From the NCBI GenBank assembly GCA_965247095.1, contig OZ251997.1, positions 2,336,001 to 2,400,000 of the forward strand: 64,000 nucleotides of DNA. Reading direction: 5' to 3'. Source of the DNA: Candidatus Multivorans sp. (GTDB lineage: Bacteria; Acidobacteriota; Thermoanaerobaculia; Multivoradales; Multivoraceae). The position numbers were made by a program, and so were the translations under genes. Shown piece by piece: positions 11,845 to 20,887 of this stretch (position 1 is the stretch's first letter; each line of letters starts with the position of its first letter). The notes beneath the pieces were generated by a model. The model did no database searches. It saw nothing but the letters and a program-made list of their open reading frames with translations, and had not been told where the DNA came from.

Positions 11845-13476
11845 TCACATCCTGAAGACGGCATAGCCCCTGGCGCCCTCGACAGCCCGGCTGTGGCAGG
11901 CGGACAGCGACAGACCGAGTACGGTACGGGTGTCGCGCGGGTCGATCATCCCGTCGTCGGAGACCCGGGACGTCGCATAGAGGCCGAGAGAGCGCTTCTC
12001 GGCCCAGTGAATCACGCCGGCCGCGCGCTTCCTGTCCGCCTCTTCGTCGAACTCGATGCCGCGCCGCTTCGCGGCCCTCCGGGTCACGATCGTCATCACG
12101 CCGGCCATCTGTTCCGGGCCCATGACCGCGATCTTCGCGGTCGGCCAGATGTAGGTGAAGCGGGTGCCGTAGGCGCGACCGCTCATTCCGTAGTTGCCGG
12201 CGCCGTACGACGCCCCGACGATCACCGACAGGTGGGGCACGCTCGAGTTCGCGACCGCGTTGATCATCTTCGAGCCGTTCTTCGTGATCCCGCCCTGCTC
12301 GTAGTCCGTGCCGACGATGTAGCCGGTGATGTTGTGCAGGAACAGCAGCGGCACGTCGATCTGATTGCAGAGCTGGATGAACTGGGTCGCCTTCTCGGCC
12401 GACTCCGAGAACAGCGCGCCGTTGTTGCCCAGAATGCCCACCGGGTAGCCGTGGATCGAGGACCAGCCGCAGACGATCGTCGGCCCGTAGAGCGGCTTGA
12501 ACTCTTCGAACCGGGAACCGTCGACGACACGCCCGATCACCTCGCGGATGTCGAGCGGCGAGCGCAGATCGCGCGAAACGAGGCCGAGCAGTTCGTTGGG
12601 ATCGAGCACCGGATCGTCGGCGGGCCGGCTCGGCCTGGGACCTTCCTTGCGCCAATTCAGGTGGGAGACCACATCGCGAAGCAGCCGAACGCCGTCCATC
12701 TCGTCCTGGGCCAGGTAGTCGCCGAGACCCGAGATCCGGCAGTGCATGTCGGCGCCGCCGAGGCTCTCCGGCTCCGCGTCCTCGCCGGTCGCCATCTTGA
12801 CCAGGGGCGGCCCGCCGAGCGAGACCATCGCCTGGTTCTTGACGAAGATGTTGTAGTCGCTCATGCCCGGCTGGTAAGCACCGCCCGCGGTCGAGGCGCC
12901 GAAGACGATCGAGACCGTCGGGATGCGCATCTTCGAGAGCTCCGAGATCTCGTAGAACAGGCGGCCCGATTCCGCGAAGTGCCCGACCGTGCGCCTGGTC
13001 TGGACCTCGGGATCGGTGTCCGTGTTGCCGCGGAGGTCGGCGCCGGCGGACTCCACGAACTGGACGTAGGGCAGGCGATTGACCCGCGCGATCTCCAGAC
13101 CCCGCATCAGCTTCTTCGAGTTGAACTCGTTGAAGGCGCCGGCCCGCACAGACGGGTCGTGCCCCAGGATCACGCACTCTGTGCCCGAGATGACGCCGAC
13201 ACCGAGCACGAAGCCCGAACCGACCGTGTAGTAGGAGTTCCAGGCCGCGAGCGGCGAGATCTCGAGAAAGGGGCTGTCCCGGTCGAGGGCGTTGGCCACC
13301 CGTTCGCGCACCGGCAGCTTGCCCCGGCGCCGCAGGCGGTTCATCGCCTCCGGCCCGCCGCCGCCGGCCACCTGCTCGAGGAGGCCGTTGACCTGCTCGA
13401 TCTGCTCCAGGATGTCGACGCGGTTCTTCCTGAACTGCTCCGACCTACTGTTGACGCTAGATCTCAGGACCGGCAT
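11845..13476 (-). CDS. Acyl-CoA carboxylase beta subunit (geranyl-CoA/methylcrotonyl-CoA carboxylase-like)
   Basis: STAGGAYQPGMSD, GGPPLVKMATGE, SYGAGNYGMSGRAY, C-terminal VFRM. Confidence 0.92.
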   Translation of the reverse strand: MPVLRSSVNSRSEQFRKNRVDILEQIEQVNGLLEQVAGGGGPEAMNRLRRRGKLPVRERVANALDRDSPFLEISPLAAWNSYYTVGSGFVLGVGVISGTECVILGHDPSVRAGAFNEFNSKKLMRGLEIARVNRLPYVQFVESAGADLRGNTDTDPEVQTRRTVGHFAESGRLFYEISELSKMRIPTVSIVFGASTAGGAYQPGMSDYNIFVKNQAMVSLGGPPLVKMATGEDAEPESLGGADMHCRISGLGDYLAQDEMDGVRLLRDVVSHLNWRKEGPRPSRPADDPVLDPNELLGLVSRDLRSPLDIREVIGRVVDGSRFEEFKPLYGPTIVCGWSSIHGYPVGILGNNGALFSESAEKATQFIQLCNQIDVPLLFLHNITGYIVGTDYEQGGITKNGSKMINAVANSSVPHLSVIVGASYGAGNYGMSGRAYGTRFTYIWPTAKIAVMGPEQMAGVMTIVTRRAAKRRGIEFDEEADRKRAAGVIHWAEKRSLGLYATSRVSDDGMIDPRDTRTVLGLSLSACHSRAVEGARGYAVFRM

Positions 13477-13678
13477 TGGCTGGATCGCCTCGTTTTCCCC
13501 GTTCTAACGTCGACGTTGGATCTGAGAACCTGCATGCGCCAAACGCTTCGCTAGTGGCGAAGCGGCGAAGAGAAGTCTGCGTGGAGGGCGGCGATCATGT
13601 CAGATCTCAGGCCGCGTCATCGCCGCCAAACTGCTCGCAGGCTCGCTGTTTGGCCCCAGCCCCCACCTCTCTGGGAGG

Positions 13679-15313
13679 CTACGCGCCAAGCCTCGCTCCG
13701 CTGCGTTCCTGGCGCGCTGCCTCCCAGAGGCCCTTCCGCCACTGCTCCAGGAGCACGAACTTCTGGATCTTCCCGGACGGCGTGAGCGGGAAGTCGTCGA
13801 CCCGGTACCAGACCTTCGGCGTCTTCTGCGGCGACAGATGCTCGCGGCAGTAGGTGTGGAGCTCGGCGTCGCTGGCAGGGTTCGCGGAGTCCGCGTCGCG
13901 GACGAAGGCGCCCACGATCTCACCCCAGCGCTCGTCCGGTAGCCCGACCACGGCCACGTCGGAAACCTGGGGGTGTTCGAACAACAGCTCCTCGATCTCG
14001 CGCGGGTAGATGTTCTCGCCGCCGCGAATGATCATGTCCCTGAGACGGCCGGTGATCGTCGTGTAGCCGCGGTCGTCCATCGTCACCAGGTCGCCGGTGT
14101 GCAGCCAACCGTCCTCGTCGATCGTCTCACGGGTCTTGTCGGGCATCTCGAAGTAGCCGAGCATCACCAGATACCCGCGCGTGCAGAGTTCGCCCGCATC
14201 GCCGATCGGCAGCGTGGCCCCGGTCTCCGGATCGACGACCTTGAGCTCGGTCTGCGGCAGCACCGGCCCGAGTGTGGTCGCCTTGTCCACCTCGCTGTCG
14301 TCCGGCTTCATCAGGGTCACCCCGGGGGACGCCTCCGTCTGGCCGTAGATGATCGAGAACTGCACGCCGAGCGTTTTCTCGATCCGCCGCACCAGGTCGG
14401 CCGGTACCGTGGCACCGCCCGAGCAGACGGTGTGGACCGTCGACAGGTCGCGGCTCGCGAAGTCCGGGTGCTCCATCATCGCGATCAGCATCGTCGGCAC
14501 GCCGAGCAGGTGGGTAGCCCCCATTTCCTCCGCCAGCGCCAGCATCAGTCCCGGGTCGAACTGGACCAGGTTGACCAGGGTCGCTCCCTGCTGGATGGGT
14601 CCGAGGACGCCCAGCACGCAGCCGCCGGTGTGAAACAGCGGCATTGGGTTGATGTAGACGCCCCCCGGCTCGACGCCCAGACGCGCGGCGACGAAGCGGG
14701 CGTTGTTCGTGATCCCGCGGTGATGGAGGTACGCCCCCTTGGGAAAGCCCGTTGTGCCCGATGTGTACTGGATCTGCACCGGGTCGTCCGGGCTCACGTC
14801 GGGCAGGACGACATCGTCGGGGGCGGAGGCTGTGAACTCCTCGAAGTCGTCGAAGGGGATGAGCTCGCGCAACTCCGGCAGGCCATCCGCAACCTGCCTG
14901 AGCGACTCCTCCATCGGGTTGCCGCGGAACGAGCGCAGGTAGAAGATGCCCGAAGACCGCGACTGTCGCAGCACGTACTCGAGTTCCCTCGGCTGGTACG
15001 CCGGGTTGACGGTCACGAGCACGACCCCGGCCAGACCGGCGCCGTACTCGAGCAGCACCCACTCCGGGATGTTCGGCGCCCAGACGGCTACCCGGTCGCC
15101 CTTCGCGAAGCGCGCCGCCAGGGCCCGCGCCACCCGCTCGGCATCGGCAAGGAGTTCCGCGTAGGTCCAGGAGCGCCGCTCGCCCGGCACGCCTTCGATC
15201 AGCGCAACCTGGTCCGGCGCCCTGGCGGCGGCCTCGCGGAGGATGCCCCCGACCGTCGTCTCGAGCACGGGTGAACTGGTGTCTGCGGGAACGTAGCTCT
15301 CGGTCAGCGGCAT
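13679..15313 (-). CDS. AMP-binding acyl-CoA synthetase
   Basis: [39 protein letters not shown]. Confidence 0.95.
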   Translation of the reverse strand: MPLTESYVPADTSSPVLETTVGGILREAAARAPDQVALIEGVPGERRSWTYAELLADAERVARALAARFAKGDRVAVWAPNIPEWVLLEYGAGLAGVVLVTVNPAYQPRELEYVLRQSRSSGIFYLRSFRGNPMEESLRQVADGLPELRELIPFDDFEEFTASAPDDVVLPDVSPDDPVQIQYTSGTTGFPKGAYLHHRGITNNARFVAARLGVEPGGVYINPMPLFHTGGCVLGVLGPIQQGATLVNLVQFDPGLMLALAEEMGATHLLGVPTMLIAMMEHPDFASRDLSTVHTVCSGGATVPADLVRRIEKTLGVQFSIIYGQTEASPGVTLMKPDDSEVDKATTLGPVLPQTELKVVDPETGATLPIGDAGELCTRGYLVMLGYFEMPDKTRETIDEDGWLHTGDLVTMDDRGYTTITGRLRDMIIRGGENIYPREIEELLFEHPQVSDVAVVGLPDERWGEIVGAFVRDADSANPASDAELHTYCREHLSPQKTPKVWYRVDDFPLTPSGKIQKFVLLEQWRKGLWEAARQERSGARLGA

Positions 15314-15370
15314 CTTCGGTCTCCTCCAGAATCTGGACCCGGAATCGTAGCCGCTAGGGCCCGGTGGCGT

Positions 15371-15402
15371 CCTGGGAACGCGGGCGTCTCGCCCGCATCC
15401 GG
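15371..15402. repeat. REP-like palindromic repeat, copy 2
   Basis: Identical to 8318-8349; intergenic. Confidence 0.85.
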
Positions 15403-15458
15403 ACGGCCGCAGCCCCCGGAAGCGTCTTTGGGAACGTCTACTCGCTCGCCGAACCTGG

Positions 15459-15472
15459 TCTGACTAGTCAGA
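15459..15472. promoter_or_regulatory. Putative TA operator palindrome
   Basis: Perfect 14-bp palindrome TCTGACTAGTCAGA, 12 bp before the antitoxin ATG. Confidence 0.55.
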
Positions 15473-15484
15473 TACAGTTGGCGC

Positions 15485-15763
15485 ATGGCCATCACATACT
15501 CGACCTACGAAGCGAAGGCTCGTTTCTCGGAAGTCCTCCGGCAGGTCCGCCAAGGGAAGACGATAACGATCTCCTACCGAGGGAAGCCGGCGGCCGAGAT
15601 TCGGCCGATCCAGCCGAAGAAGCAGACGCTCGAGGAGCGCTTGGACGATCTTGAGCGTCGGGGGATTCTCGTGCCTGCAAGCGACCCAAACGCAGTGATT
15701 CGGCCGATTGCGCACCGTCCCGGCGCTCTGAAGCGCTTCCTCGCTGAGCGCGCCGAAGATTGA
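15485..15763 (+). CDS. Phd/YefM-family antitoxin
   Basis: YEAKARFSEVLRQV..G.TITI..RGKPAA; stop overlaps the PIN gene start. Confidence 0.9.
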   Translation: MAITYSTYEAKARFSEVLRQVRQGKTITISYRGKPAAEIRPIQPKKQTLEERLDDLERRGILVPASDPNAVIRPIAHRPGALKRFLAERAED

Positions 15764-16140
15764 CAACCGCGTACGTAGACAGTTCCCTGCTCGTCGCCGT
15801 GGCCTTCCGGGAAGAAGAGCACGAACGGCACGTCGCCCGCCTCGACGGAACCCGGCGCCTCGTATCCTCCAACCTTCTCGATGCGGAAGTTCGTTCCGCA
15901 CTGATCCGGGAACTCACCTTTGCCGTACCGCCGCTGCTGGGACGGCTCGAGTGGATCTTCCCCGACCGGGTTCTGACCCGCGAGATCGAACGGGTCCTTG
16001 CGGTGGGCCGTCTGCGCGGAGCCGATCTCTGGCACCTGGCCACTGCTCTCTATCTGGCGCCCAACCCAGGCGAGATGACCTTTCTGACGGTGGATCAACG
16101 CCAGCGAGAGGTGGCCGCCGCTGTCGGCTTTCGGGTGTGA
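15760..16140 (+). CDS. vapC: PIN-domain (VapC) toxin
   Basis: AYVDSS, AEVRSAL, LRGADLWHLATA, FLTVDQRQ. Confidence 0.88.
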   Translation: MTTAYVDSSLLVAVAFREEEHERHVARLDGTRRLVSSNLLDAEVRSALIRELTFAVPPLLGRLEWIFPDRVLTREIERVLAVGRLRGADLWHLATALYLAPNPGEMTFLTVDQRQREVAAAVGFRV

Positions 16141-16183
16141 ACCGCCAACGAGGCCCAGATGCCCGCTGCTACCCTTCGCGCCC

Positions 16184-17176
16184 ATGACGGAACAAGTCGC
16201 CGAGAAGATCCTCGACTCCCTCTACCGGGTGGTCGTACCGCTGCCGAACAACCCGCTCAAGGAAGTGAACTGCTACGTCCTGGCCGAGGACGACCGCTTC
16301 CTCGTCATCGACACCGGCATGAACCGGCCCGAATGCCGCGAAGTCCTGGCGGCCGGGCTCGACGAGATCGGCGTCGACCTGGAGAAGACCGACTTTCTCG
16401 CCACCCACCTGCACGCGGACCACCACGGACTGATCCCGGACCTGCTCCGGCCAGGACGCACCGCGTCGATGGGCGCAATCGACGCCGCCCACATGGGCCG
16501 GGCCCACGGCGGCTGGTCGGTCGACAGTCCGATGGGCGTGTACCTGAAGCGCAGCGGCTTCCCGCCCGACGAGCTCGCCGAGTCCTTCCGGCGTCATCCG
16601 GGCGCCCGCTTCAGCGGCAGCCACCACATCGAGTACGCGCCGCTGCACGAGGGCGACGTGGTCGAGATCGCCGGCTACCGGCTCGAGGTCGTCGACACGC
16701 CGGGCCACACCTTCGGCCACATCTCGCTCTACGACCGGGAGAAGAGCCTGTTCATCGCCGGCGACCACATCCTCGGCGACATCACGCCGAACATCCAGGC
16801 CTGGGCCGACGACCACGATCCGCTCGGGCTCTACCTGGACAGCATCGCCAAGGTCGAGGTCCTCGACGTCGACCTCTGCCTGCCCGGCCACCGCAGCCTG
16901 ATCCACGACTTCCAGGGCCGCTGCCGCGAACTGCGGGAGCACCACGAGGAACGCGGCCAGGAAGTCGTCGACATCCTGCGCGAGAACGGCGAACGCAACG
17001 CGTACGAAACCGCCGCCCTGATGACCTGGGACATCCGCGCCAAGTCCTGGGACGACTTCCCGATCATGCAGCGCTGGTTCGCCACCGGCGAAGCGATCGC
17101 TCACCTACGGTGGCTGGAGGACCTGGGAGAGTTGCAGCGCGAAGACGCCGGCGGGCGGATTCTGTACAGCGCTTGA
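16184..17176 (+). CDS. MBL-fold metallo-hydrolase
   Basis: THLHADHHG, TPGHT, GDH, PGH. Confidence 0.92.
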   Translation: MTEQVAEKILDSLYRVVVPLPNNPLKEVNCYVLAEDDRFLVIDTGMNRPECREVLAAGLDEIGVDLEKTDFLATHLHADHHGLIPDLLRPGRTASMGAIDAAHMGRAHGGWSVDSPMGVYLKRSGFPPDELAESFRRHPGARFSGSHHIEYAPLHEGDVVEIAGYRLEVVDTPGHTFGHISLYDREKSLFIAGDHILGDITPNIQAWADDHDPLGLYLDSIAKVEVLDVDLCLPGHRSLIHDFQGRCRELREHHEERGQEVVDILRENGERNAYETAALMTWDIRAKSWDDFPIMQRWFATGEAIAHLRWLEDLGELQREDAGGRILYSA

Positions 17177-17177
17177 C
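17155..17177. repeat. 23-bp direct repeat (att-like), left copy = 3' end of the MBL gene
   Basis: GCGGATTCTGTACAGCGCTTGAC, identical to 19410-19432. Confidence 0.85.
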
Positions 17178-17343
17178 TCACTCCATGTGAGCGCGCGAGA
17201 GCGCCGTGGCCGGGCCATCGGGCCAATAGAACGAACCCGGCACCTTGGCCGCCAGATAGCCGCCGATCGACGACCGTGACGCCCGTGACTCCTGTAGGAT
17301 CGGGCTGCTAGTCGCGCCTGCGAACCACACGAAACGAGGCTCC

Positions 17344-17745
17344 ATGAAGGTCTTCATCAGCCATTCCCACGCGGACGCGCCTTGGGCCGCCCGGGTCTCC
17401 GATGCGCTGGAACAGACCGGCCTTGAAGTATGGAATTCCGACCGCAATCTGCTTCCCGGCGACAACTGGGCCGCAGAGGTGGCCCGCGCCCTGGAAGAAT
17501 CCGAAGCGATGGTCGTGCTGCTGACGCCCGACGCGGTCAACTCGCCGTACGTGAAGCGCGAGATGGAGTACGCGCTAGGCGCCAAGAGCTACAGCAATCG
17601 CTTGATTCCCGTCGTCATCGGTGACCGCAAGCGTCTTCCGGCGGACCAGATTCCGTGGATCGTCCGGAGGCTACCTTGGGTCGAACTGGAGAGCGCCTAC
17701 ACCGAAGTCCAGCCGATCGCAGACGCGATCCGCGGACACGCCTGA
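17344..17745 (+). CDS. Stand-alone TIR-domain protein 1
   Basis: VFISHSHAD, PGDNW, LLTPDAVNSPYVKREMEYAL. Confidence 0.92.
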   Translation: MKVFISHSHADAPWAARVSDALEQTGLEVWNSDRNLLPGDNWAAEVARALEESEAMVVLLTPDAVNSPYVKREMEYALGAKSYSNRLIPVVIGDRKRLPADQIPWIVRRLPWVELESAYTEVQPIADAIRGHA

Positions 17746-17781
17746 TTCCGCGCCACGTCTGCCTCCCCTCGCTCCGCTCGC

Positions 17782-18210
17782 GTGCCGAACGAAGTCTTCC
17801 TCTCCCACTCCAGCCAGGACCGACCGTTCGTCAAGAAACTGCTCAAGGTTCTACGGCGGCATGGGATTCCCGTCTGGTACAGCGAGACGAGCATCCGCGG
17901 AGCCCAGCAATGGCACGACGAGATCGGCGAAGCGCTAGGACGCTGCGACTGGTTCGTCCTCGTGCTCTCGCCCGACGCCGTCGAATCCAAGTGGGTCAAG
18001 AGAGAGCTCCTCTACTCGCTACAGCAGGATCGCTTCGAAGGAAGAATCGCCCCGCTGTTGCATCGACCGTGCTCCCCTGACGACCTGTCGTGGACCCTGT
18101 CCCAGATTCAGAAGATCGACTTCACGCACAACTTTGACGACGGCTGCCGGGCTCTGCTCGGCATCTGGAGCGTGGCGTATGCTCCGACCCAGGGCCCCTC
18201 CGGTATGTAG
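17782..18210 (+). CDS. Stand-alone TIR-domain protein 2
   Basis: VFLSHSSQD, VLSPDAVESKWVKREL, IDFT. Confidence 0.9.
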   Translation: MPNEVFLSHSSQDRPFVKKLLKVLRRHGIPVWYSETSIRGAQQWHDEIGEALGRCDWFVLVLSPDAVESKWVKRELLYSLQQDRFEGRIAPLLHRPCSPDDLSWTLSQIQKIDFTHNFDDGCRALLGIWSVAYAPTQGPSGM

Positions 18211-18211
18211 C

Positions 18212-18653
18212 TCAGTCCGAGAAACGCGGCACGAACTCCCGCGCCCGCGGGTCGTTGAAGGCCGGCGAATCGGCCCGCCACTCGAGCCTCACGGTCCGCT
18301 TCGCCAGCTTGGGCGCAGAGTACACGTAACGTTGGTCGTACTCGCGATAGATCGCGTCCATGAACTTCTCCATCCGGAGGGCGCTTCGGGGCGAAGGCCA
18401 GTCAGCCAACACGGCTCGACTCTCGGGGTCCACCATCGCCAAAGCCAACGCCTCGTAACGCGAAATGTCGTTCCGGACCCCGTCACGTCCCGTGAGGCCC
18501 AGAAGAACGTCGTGATACCGAACGATCGATTCGACCACCTCGCCATCTCCGCGGACGGCGATGTCGTTGGCCGCCACGTTACCCGCATCGTCAGCCTTCA
18601 GGAAGTGCGCCGCCTCGGGTGCGAGGGGCCCTTCCCGACTGGCGCGAATGACG
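18212..18653. repeat. 442-bp direct repeat, copy 1 (endonuclease 3' part)
   Basis: Aligns colinearly with 20439-20880. Confidence 0.9.
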
Positions 18654-18893
18654 GGCAGGAATCCGTAGACAAGGTTCGGGTAGGAGATGTGCAGGTTCGT
18701 GCAGTCGCCGACCGCTTCTTCCATCCGGTTCGTCAGGTTGCGGAAGGCGTTGAGCGTGCCCTTGATCGACACAGCCACGCGAGCGACGCACGCAGAAGGG
18801 CGGTCGCGGCACGATGTCGTCGGGGTGAAAGCCCCCTTCTACGACGAGACGAGAGGCCACATACCAGTGGAGCGGCCTGATGTGCCCCTGGCT
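18212..18893 (-). pseudogene. Type II restriction endonuclease remnant 1 (PaeR7I/XhoI-like motif), internally deleted and out of frame
   Basis: SIKG...FRNLTNRMEEAVGD in 18212-18778; protein-like N-terminal piece SQGHIRPLHWYVASRLVVEGGF in another frame; paralog of 20439-20880. Confidence 0.6.
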
Positions 18894-19017
18894 CTAGTAC
18901 TAGCCATCGTCAACTGCGATCCGGGCCTCGATCTCGCCGAGGATTGCGGCGAGTCGATCTACTGCGCGCCCGAGCAACTCTGAGTCCGGAGGGACCGCCG
19001 TTCGCTGGTCAACCTGC

Positions 19018-19404
19018 TCACACCACCATCGCCTCTGAACGAAACCGCTCAGCCTCTCGCTTCGCTTCCCGTTCGAGCACACGGCCACACTCGTCAGTAG
19101 ACCGGCCCGTAAGCGCAGAAAGTACGGAGGGGCCGCACAAGTCCTCGACTCCGGAAATGTCATGGAGGCGAACACCCATGGCCTGGGCCACAAGGTCCAT
19201 GCCGCCGTGCAGCCGGACCAACTGCCGCCTCAGTACACCCAGGTTCTGGGCCTCCTGATCTCTGCCCGCCTCTTCCCTCCGCCCGGCCTGCGATCCCGCG
19301 GGGTCTTCAGTTAGGCCGCCGTCTTCTGCCACGGAGTGTTTCAGGAGCCACTCCCATTCCGCGGCTTTCTTGAGGACGTCGTTCACGACGGTCCGGGCCA
19401 CCAT
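19018..19404 (-). CDS. Hypothetical protein, possibly frameshifted into 18900-19017
   Basis: ATG just inside the right 23-bp repeat; no recognisable motif. Confidence 0.35.
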   Translation of the reverse strand: MVARTVVNDVLKKAAEWEWLLKHSVAEDGGLTEDPAGSQAGRREEAGRDQEAQNLGVLRRQLVRLHGGMDLVAQAMGVRLHDISGVEDLCGPSVLSALTGRSTDECGRVLEREAKREAERFRSEAMVV

Positions 19405-19409
19405 GTCGA

Positions 19410-19432
19410 GCGGATTCTGTACAGCGCTTGAC
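19410..19432. repeat. 23-bp direct repeat (att-like), right copy
   Basis: Identical to 17155-17177. Confidence 0.85.
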
Positions 19433-19519
19433 GGACCAGCCCGCACGAAACGGACGGCAACCTCGCGAAGTCCGACTCGAGCAACATGAGGAGTGGACCA
19501 CAGCAAGCCCGGCCCTGCG

Positions 19520-20095
19520 TCACTCGCCCATCCCGGCAAGAGCCTCGTCTACGTAACGAACGTCGAACTCCTCCGGATCGAAGTCCTCGCCCATCCACTC
19601 CCTCACGTCCTCATGCTCGGGGTGATCCGGGTCCTTCAGGATCTCCAACTTTCCGTAGTACCCCCAGACCCCTCCGGAGTCTTCCGGAGGACAACGTCGT
19701 TTGCCACCAGTGCATGCCGGGAGACGGATTGACGAGTCGTACGAGAGGATCTTCTGCAGCGTGACCCGGTGCGCCCACCCGTCGCCGAAGTCGTACTCGT
19801 AGGTGAGCCAGTCCTTCTCGTGTTTGAGGAGTTGGCTGACGCCAAACTCCCTCTCATCGAGGGTCGCCGGCATGCCGGGCAACACCCAATCGTCATCCCA
19901 GGGGTTCGGAACGGCATAGGTCTGCCTGCCCTTGACGAACATGTGGAGGTGTCCGTCGAGCCAGCCCATGGCCACCTGGATGACGTCGTGCAGGCGGTCA
20001 AGCGGCTGTGAAGGCGGCACGAGAACGCGCCGCCAGATGGGCGGCTTCGTGCCCCTCAAGTCGACTCTGAGCTGGTAGGTGAAGCGATCCGGCAT
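19520..20095 (-). CDS. Plasmid pRiA4b ORF-3 family protein
   Basis: PPIWRRVLVP, LHDVIQVAMGW...HLH.F, YEYDFGDGW, CPPEDSGG. Confidence 0.92.
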   Translation of the reverse strand: MPDRFTYQLRVDLRGTKPPIWRRVLVPPSQPLDRLHDVIQVAMGWLDGHLHMFVKGRQTYAVPNPWDDDWVLPGMPATLDEREFGVSQLLKHEKDWLTYEYDFGDGWAHRVTLQKILSYDSSIRLPACTGGKRRCPPEDSGGVWGYYGKLEILKDPDHPEHEDVREWMGEDFDPEEFDVRYVDEALAGMGE

Positions 20096-20438
20096 CTGGC
20101 AGGAACTCCTGTCTGACTTTGGAACAGTTGAAGCGACTCCGGGCTGCCGGGCCGCGACAAGGCTCAAGAGTGCAGACAGTACAATCTCGGCTCACCTGAC
20201 GCCAGATAGAGTCGACCGGCTGACCCTTGACCTCGGCCAACTACACGACAATGTCCATCGCCATCGTCGTTTTCGTGCGGTAGCCGACGGCCCGCGGTCG
20301 GTCGCACCTACCCGCTACGAACGGGAACCACTTGGAGTTCGGGCGGCACGGGACGCGGTGAAGAAAGGGGCACCTCTGGAGGCCCGAGGCCGGACTTCCG
20401 GCGGCATTGGAGCAGCGTCGCGCTCTACAGGCCGCGCT

Positions 20439-20880
20439 TCAGTCTGAGAGTCGCGGGTCGAACTGTCGCACGACCGGTTCCTGGAGCGCGGGTGAGTCTT
20501 CCCGCCAGCCCAACCTCACGGTGCGCTTCGCCAGCTTGGGGGCAGAGTAGACGTAACGTTGGTCGTACGCGCGATAGATCGCGTCCATGAACTTCTCCAT
20601 CCGAAGGGCGCTTCGGGGCGAAGGCCAGTCAGCCAACACGGCTCGACTCTCGGGGTCCACCATCGCCAAAGCCAACGCCTCGTACCGGGAAATGTCGTTC
20701 CGGACCCCGTCGCGCCCCGTAAGGCCCAGAAGAACGTCGTGGTAGCGGAGGATCGATTCGACCACTTCGCCATCTCCGCGGACGGCGATGTCGTTGGCCG
20801 CCACGTTACCCGCATCGTCGGCTTTCAGGAAGTGCGCCGCCGCGGGCGCCAAGGGCCCTTCCCGGTTGGCGCGAATGACG
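20439..20880 (-). pseudogene. Restriction endonuclease remnant 2 (C-terminal part only); 442-bp repeat copy 2
   Basis: Homology to copy 1 ends 7 bp from the MTase stop; lacks the SIKG/NRMEEA segment. Confidence 0.65.
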
Positions 20881-20887
20881 TGTCTGC

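Noticed and set aside
9801-15274. Long plus-strand ORFs (684, 595 and 433 aa) opposite the carboxylase and synthetase genes
   Set aside because: Antisense shadows of GC-biased genes with no motifs
16184-17176. MBL hydrolase as effector of the TIR pair
   Set aside because: It looks like an ordinary MBL hydrolase and its 3' end is the insertion site, so adjacency is explained by integration; not fully excluded
20275-20315. GTAG-flanked imperfect palindrome as a second REP family
   Set aside because: Only one copy seen in the window
18212-20880. 442-bp repeat pair as a DGR template/variable pair
   Set aside because: Differences are not adenine-specific, many are synonymous, and no reverse transcriptase is present
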